Positions 57,633 to 64,000 of a DNA stretch of 64,000 bases are shown in pieces. A program made the position numbers and the translations under genes. The notes under the pieces were generated by a model that saw only the letters and a program-made list of their open reading frames with translations, did no database searches and was not told the DNA's origin. Origin of the DNA: the human T2T-CHM13v2.0 reference genome, Homo sapiens; assembly GCF_009914755.1 (NCBI RefSeq), contig NC_060931.1. The stretch is one strand, 5' to 3'. Positions within the stretch are counted from its first letter, which is position 1. Each line of letters starts with the position of its first letter.

Positions 57633-59994
57633 ATTTAGCAAATTTACAGGACTTAAATTTATCAAAGCAAATTTCTCTGTGTCTTCCTTGCCGTAAAGCA
57701 ATGCCTGGAAAGTTCTGAACCCTTGCCTTGAGGCAGCCCAGTTATTGTTCAATCTGACAACATGGTGCCTTGAGTTTTGGCATTGGAAGATGCCAACCAT
57801 GTCAGCAGCATAGAATTGCTGAGGTGTGTTTGGCATGAACTACCTAGTCCTCCCAGAACTACTCTAGTCCTTCCAGTTTATTATACTGATATGCTCAGGA
57901 GTAATCATCACTTAATAGTCTGGACCTTGACCAAGCCCAGATTCCTGGACTTCTCTGAAGCTCTTATAATGGCCACACAACCGAACTCTATTAACTGCTG
58001 AAGACCACCCAGGAGTAGCGCTTAAACTGGATGTGGCCATATCAAATTTCCCAGGGCTTCCCCAAGCTAAACTGGGTCACCCAGGACCACCCAGAGGCAG
58101 AACTGCAGATGAAGTAGAGTTTTGGTTTGGACTCAACTTCCAAAGAATGTGTGTTGTCTTCTCCAGCATTGAGAAACCAAGCTAGAAAGGCCAGAGCCTA
58201 CTCACTCATGGAAACAGCTTGGATGGAATATATCATCCCACCACTTGGCTTCAGTAATATGTATAGCATCAGCTGTCCTCATCTAAGAATCAGAGGCTGT
58301 GAATCCTAAACTGTGAACTTTCCAGGAATGCTGCAAAAGCCATCTTTCTCATCTACCCTATCCAATAGATTGAGGAAAAATTGAACTTTGTCTTCTCTCA
58401 GTCATCTGATTCTTGAGAAGTTGAGAATATTTTACTCAGGATTTTATATAAAATTATTAACTGGCTAATTATATAGTGCACTGCAATTTTTGGATGAAAT
58501 TTGTTATATACATAAAAGATATCAGCACTGTTTGTCATTCAGCTAATTTCTTTGCGTGAGTTTTGAAAATAAACATCTGTATCATAAAGATTATATCAGG
58601 ATGAATCCTGCGAATTCACAGCAGTAGGTTGGGATTTAGTACTTTGTTTTTAAGTCTGATTGTGCGGATGCTACAGTTCAACTTGCATGTAGCTGTATGT
58701 TTTTGTTTCATATAAGCAAAAGTAGAAAGTGATGAATGAGCATACTGAACCATTCTCTAGCTGAGAAATTTTGACCTTCTGAATGTGTATTACCATGGCC
58801 ATATTCCAAGCTGTTCTATTAAGTCCCTTGAGCAATTCCAAACTGATATTGTTATTTAACAGAAATTTTTCTTGTGTACAGATGTAAAGAGATACTAGTA
58901 TAGTTACACTGCAAGTCACCATATAATCTGACTTCAGCATAGACATGTCTCTGAAAAACCTAGGATGCTGCTTTTCCTTCAGCCATCCATCAACTCAATG
59001 ACAGAATGTAAGAAAATTCTATTATTTTCCACCTTCCCCCAAAAACCAAAAATAAGAGGTTTCACCAGTTTATGAAATACTTAAAATTTCATCAAAGATA
59101 GATAAATTGATGCCCAAGTGATAGTTTTGTGAGAAAAGAGAAAATCCTAGTAGATTTATCTATTTCTTGAATAGGAAGAGGGGTTAACCCAAGAGTCATT
59201 TGTCACCCACCATGTGGAATCAATTATGTCAGACTGAGCCATCAATTAAATTGGAAGTCATTGCCCTTATGCTTTCTAGATTATAGAAAAAATCTTATAC
59301 AAATGAGAAAGAGAAAGCAGCAAGACTGTACCTGGTTGATTCAAACCCTTGCTTTCCTGCAATTCTATTACCAAAGATTGTCTTTCATCACGTTCAGGAT
59401 TTTCACCTACAACTGCACCGCAATACCAGCATCCAGTTACACATCCACACCACTGCTTAGCAGACAGACTAAGAAATCTCTCCAGTTTAGTCATTTATGT
59501 GTCAGCAAGCAGGGAGCCCCACTTCCCTCATTGCCAGAAAACTTACTTCTGCAACACTGGAGTGATGGCTAGACATTTACAAGCCATTTTCTTTGGCTGA
59601 CAATTTTGTTTTAAACCCTGCAACTACTGTTTTATTGAATTAATTTCAAATGCAGTTGTGTTTCCAGTAATCTACGACAGTTTTAAAAGTTTGAAGATGG
59701 AGACAACAGTAGAGCAGATGTATTTCATTGGGACTTGTTAGCATCTTGCTAAACTATGTTAGAGAGATTTTTCAGGAGGCAAACATCAGGTCAAGCAACA
59801 ACAAATCCTTTTTAACCATATATAATTTTACATCAAGAGATAAAATGGGAATACACAAGCCATAAAAATCTTAGCTCAATATGCAAGGATTACACATGCA
59901 TATAAAATATAAGATGAATGATTTTTAAAATCCTGAAAATATCACAACAGATTATTAATTGTAAAGAAAATGCATTTGTTAAAAAAAAAAAAAA

Positions 59995-60328
59995 AGGGCA
60001 CCTATGATATGCCAGACACTGCTCTAGATTTGTGGAATTAATCAAGGTCTAAGGGGCTTGACTTCAAGGAGTTTCTGTCCAAAAAGGGTTGGGGGGCAGG
60101 ATGGGTGGCAGGGAGCAGACAGGAACAAAGAAAATAACAAGTAAATTACAAAGCTTATGGGAACATAGTAAGTACAATGAAAAGATGAACAGGTGGAGTA
60201 GGGGAAGGGAGCTTCCCAAGTGCAGGGATTGGAGAAGGAGGGCAGGTCAGAGAATCTGAGTTATCTATATATTCTTTGATAAGGTGACATTCGAACAAAC
60301 ACTTGAAGGAAGTGAGGGCATTAGCCAG
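59995..60328 (-). mobile_element. L2 remnant
   Basis: GGCACCTATGATATGCCAGACACTGCTCTAG...GACTTCAAGGAG...AGGTGACATTCGAACAAACACTTGAAGGAAGTGAGGG. Confidence 0.8.
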
Positions 60329-60386
60329 TATTTTTAAATATGCTTGCTATATTATACTTGCTATATTTTAAATATACTTGCTATAT

Positions 60387-60463
60387 TTCAGTTCTGTTTA
60401 TCACATCAGTGTGTAATTCTCAAATCCATAGAATTACACACTGATCTGATAAACAGAACTGAA
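60387..60463. repeat. Inverted repeat: 34-bp stem (one mismatch), 9-nt loop
   Basis: TTCAGTTCTGTTTATCACATCAGTGTGTAATTCT-CAAATCCAT-AGAATTACACACTGATCTGATAAACAGAACTGAA. Confidence 0.97.
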
Positions 60464-61156
60464 GACTAATCATTAAAATTTTAGAGAGCACAAATGGTAA
60501 AACAAATGGTAAAAGTACACTTGCATCTCACTTGGATTGCTTCTCCCAAGGACTTCTTTTCCACACCTCTTTCTTTGTTCTCATTTCTTGCTTTACTCTT
60601 CTGTTTTTCCTGCCAAATTCATGTGCTTTCTCTGTTTCTATATAAGTGCTTTTAAAATTAAGTGAATAACTAGAAGTGTTTCCAGTATAACTATCTTCTC
60701 AGGAAACCAACAAGCCCACTTACCTTATCCTTGCTGTGAACACTTTCCTTTACTGAGGTGACCATAAGAATCAAGGTAAAGTCTATGTCTTATTTCATGA
60801 TTTTAAGTGTGTTCCTGAAACCCTTGACTTCTCAATCTGCAATTACAACTTTTCACATATAAAAACCTATCCATGCAGAAATCATCTAAGCTTGTCATAC
60901 TTTACAACCCAGACTCATATATTAACATTCTTCATTTTTGTCTTTAAAAAAGTTTTGTCATTGTTTGACCAAGAGAACATTATTTCACAACTCAAATAAA
61001 TATTCTTCTTCTGAGGTTTATTCTCATTACATTAGGCAGCTACCTCAGAAATACAGAAAACAAAAAAAAAAAAACAAAATCTTTAACCTACTTAAAAATT
61101 TTTAATTCATCACAGCAAGTGATCATCTTTCAATGGCCACAGAATAAGCAAAGCCT

Positions 61157-61457
<301 letters not shown>

Positions 61458-63714
61458 TTAGGCAAAGCCTAATTGTTCGATATAGTTAGAAACTTTTCAA
61501 TTTTGTGGGCTACTAAAACATAGGGAGGTGGTCAATGCTTATTCACTATTCCCTGAGACCTCTCCAAACAACTTCACTAGCAGAGGAGTAGAAAAGTAGG
61601 AATTTAAAAAAGGAAGACTTGAGGATACTTTATTCTTTGGGTATATTAGCCACTCTTTTGAAACTCAAGGAAATGTCTAGGGCATAGTTCTAAGAAAAGG
61701 ATAGGTGGTTGTCAAACAAAAATCACTTCAAAAGATATACCACTGAACCTGAGGACCTATCAGTCTGGAGTTTCTGGTTTTGTTTCTACTTTTAAATCAT
61801 AGCCTTATATATAAGAGAATAAATGAAAGCTACCCTTTGCTTTTAATAATTCTTGTTTCCTTTCTCCATGCAAAGAAAAATGAAAGGAAAAGGAGGCTTT
61901 CATCTGATTTATTCTAAAATGAGCCTACATCATTGCTTAAGATAAGGTATACATAATCTTTAACATCATAAAGTTAAAAGCATATTGTCAAAATGCCCCT
62001 TTAACACAAAAAGTGAATTTTTAAGAGATTTTCTGTTTTCTTAGTTAACAGAACTTATGAAAAACCTGTACTTTTTTCAGCAATTTCTCCCTGCCAATTG
62101 CATTATTTCATTTCAGAAGTCTTAGCTCAATTCAGTTGCTGAATTGTCAGGCATTATTTCTTTGAGGGAGTTACCTCCCACAGGAGAAAACAAGTTGCCA
62201 TGATGAGCAAAAACCTGAGATGTTTCATACGATTTGGTTTTCCATCTAAACCACTCCTTGGCTTAGAAAAAGCATGTCATTCAAAGGCAGAAGGGAAAAT
62301 ATTTTCGATGAATTACCATCCCAGAAAATTCAGCCAACAAAACATTTTAGGATAGATCTTCCTGAGGCTACATGCCACTCACTGGCAATCTTAAACAACA
62401 ACAGTTTAAGAAATATACCATAGTTCTTGGCCATAGGAACAAAAGTCTTAGGTGTTTCTCGCATTCTCATCTTTTTCTCTTCCCAGAGGCAGATTTTCAG
62501 GTTAGGACTTCTCGATCTGCTATCTTAAGTGCTTCTTTTGCCCTTGCAATCACCTTTCTCTTTTCCTTTTTATTTTCATATCTATTAACCTTTCAAATCT
62601 CATTTCTAAATGATAGCATTCTTGAGTTTTTTGACACTAATATCGATCTATAAGTGTAATATCTCAAATGTGTATGGCATCTTAAGAGTATAATGAGATT
62701 TCATGTTTGTTATCTTGTTTTTGATGAGGTAGGTCAGGTATGGAGTGTTACAAATATAAATTTGGAGACTGGGGATCAGTTCAGCTATTTATATAACTTA
62801 GATACATTTATAGTAAGGGAAGGACCCAAGCCTGGAATCCAGGATTCAGCTTCCTAGTCCAGTTCTTCACCCACTCTCCTGCACCTTCCTTCTATTGTAA
62901 CTTGGGAAATGGGTACTTTTGTCCCATCAACTAGGAACGACGTGACCCATAAAAGAGAATTATCTCCCATTGAAAGGAGACATTCAGTAAATATCTCCAA
63001 ATGGAATTATTATTGGTGAAAGCTTAAGAAGGTACTACGGCATAGAAAAATGTCCTTTTGAAATAAGCAAATTACATCATGTTACTGTCAACAATTAGGC
63101 CATTTACCAAAACTATAATATTCAATGTCATTCATTGCAAATCTAATACAAAGCCATTTTTAAAAGCTGAACAACTGACAAGTATTTCCAGAGGTATCCT
63201 TTGCCTGAATTATGTGTTTACCTTAGGAAATGTTGCGAAGCCAGGTACAGGATGTCATAACAACCTCTGCTTGGATCAGAAGATTGTTGCTCTGAAATTT
63301 AGAGGACAATTGGCTTGTTTTCTTTGTTGCCCTATCTCATAAGCTATTTTTAAGGAAACTTACATTGGCGCAGTATTGGGAAATGGTCCGTAAGGTTAGC
63401 AAAGGCTGAAAATTGGTGGCAAAAAATTTAGTTTCTCTCTTCTGTTCTTCCATTTCCTACTCAATTTTAGCTCTATCTGTAGCTATGATAATCAGCTTAG
63501 CACAACTACAAATTAAGGTTGAATAAGCACACTTATGGCCTAAAGAAATAAAAACAAACTTTGCAGGTGAGGGTGTAAGTAGATACAGCTTAAAAATCGT
63601 GTACCTGTATTTTTTCTTCATTTATTTTCTGTTTTTCTTGGACATCTTTGTAGGAGAGGAGTATTCTGAGTTTATACATTACAGCAAAAATGTTAAACCT
63701 TCTCTCAAACCAAG

Positions 63715-63970
63715 AAGTAATTTGCTCATTCAGTTATCCATTCAATATATATGTATTTTGAGAGTTTATTCTGAGAAAGACACTGTAATAAATGGTGGGA
63801 TATGATATTAACCAGATAAATATGATATGTACCTTCATGAAGCTTATAATTTCTTGAGAGACAAACAAAAATTAAAATTAAAGTCAAACATAATCAATGC
63901 TACAATATTGAAAATACAGGATTCTGTAAAAGAATTTAGAAAAACACATTTCCATGGGCATACTAAGATC
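63715..63970 (-). mobile_element. L2 3' remnant
   Basis: CATTCAGTTATCCATTCAA...CCTTCATGAAGCTTATA pattern. Confidence 0.6.
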
Positions 63971-64000
63971 AAGCACAATTCACTGAACATTTTGTTTAAA

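Noticed and set aside
61009-61050. TTCTGAGGT...ACCTCAGAA and other 8-9 bp inverted repeats
   Set aside because: Expected by chance in 64 kb of AT-rich DNA

Overview
AT-rich, gene-poor simian primate genomic DNA (AluY/AluS, L1PA, MER61, MST; human or ape most likely). It is intergenic or deep intronic, and I cannot place the locus. I find no supportable protein-coding exon, RNA gene or CpG island. Every ORF with recognisable homology is a decayed L1 ORF1/ORF2 or Alu fragment. Much of the window is transposon-derived: a near full-length dead L1PA8-like element (3142-8588, minus), an older 5'-inverted L1, ancient L1M/L2/MIR remnants, nine Alus plus two monomer fragments, several LTRs and hAT DNA transposons, often nested with readable target-site duplications (TSDs). 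Subfamily names come from recalled consensus similarity, not a RepeatMasker run. The most unusual signals are a 34-bp near-perfect hairpin with pre-miRNA-like geometry (60387-60463), two ~60-bp dispersed duplications 1.35 and 2.0 kb apart, two fold-back/templated insertion scars, an L1-L1 chimeric junction lacking a TSD, and an Alu whose A-tail is replaced by a G-rich tract. These look like template-switch or repair scars. I cannot support a claim of a new biological system from the sequence alone.
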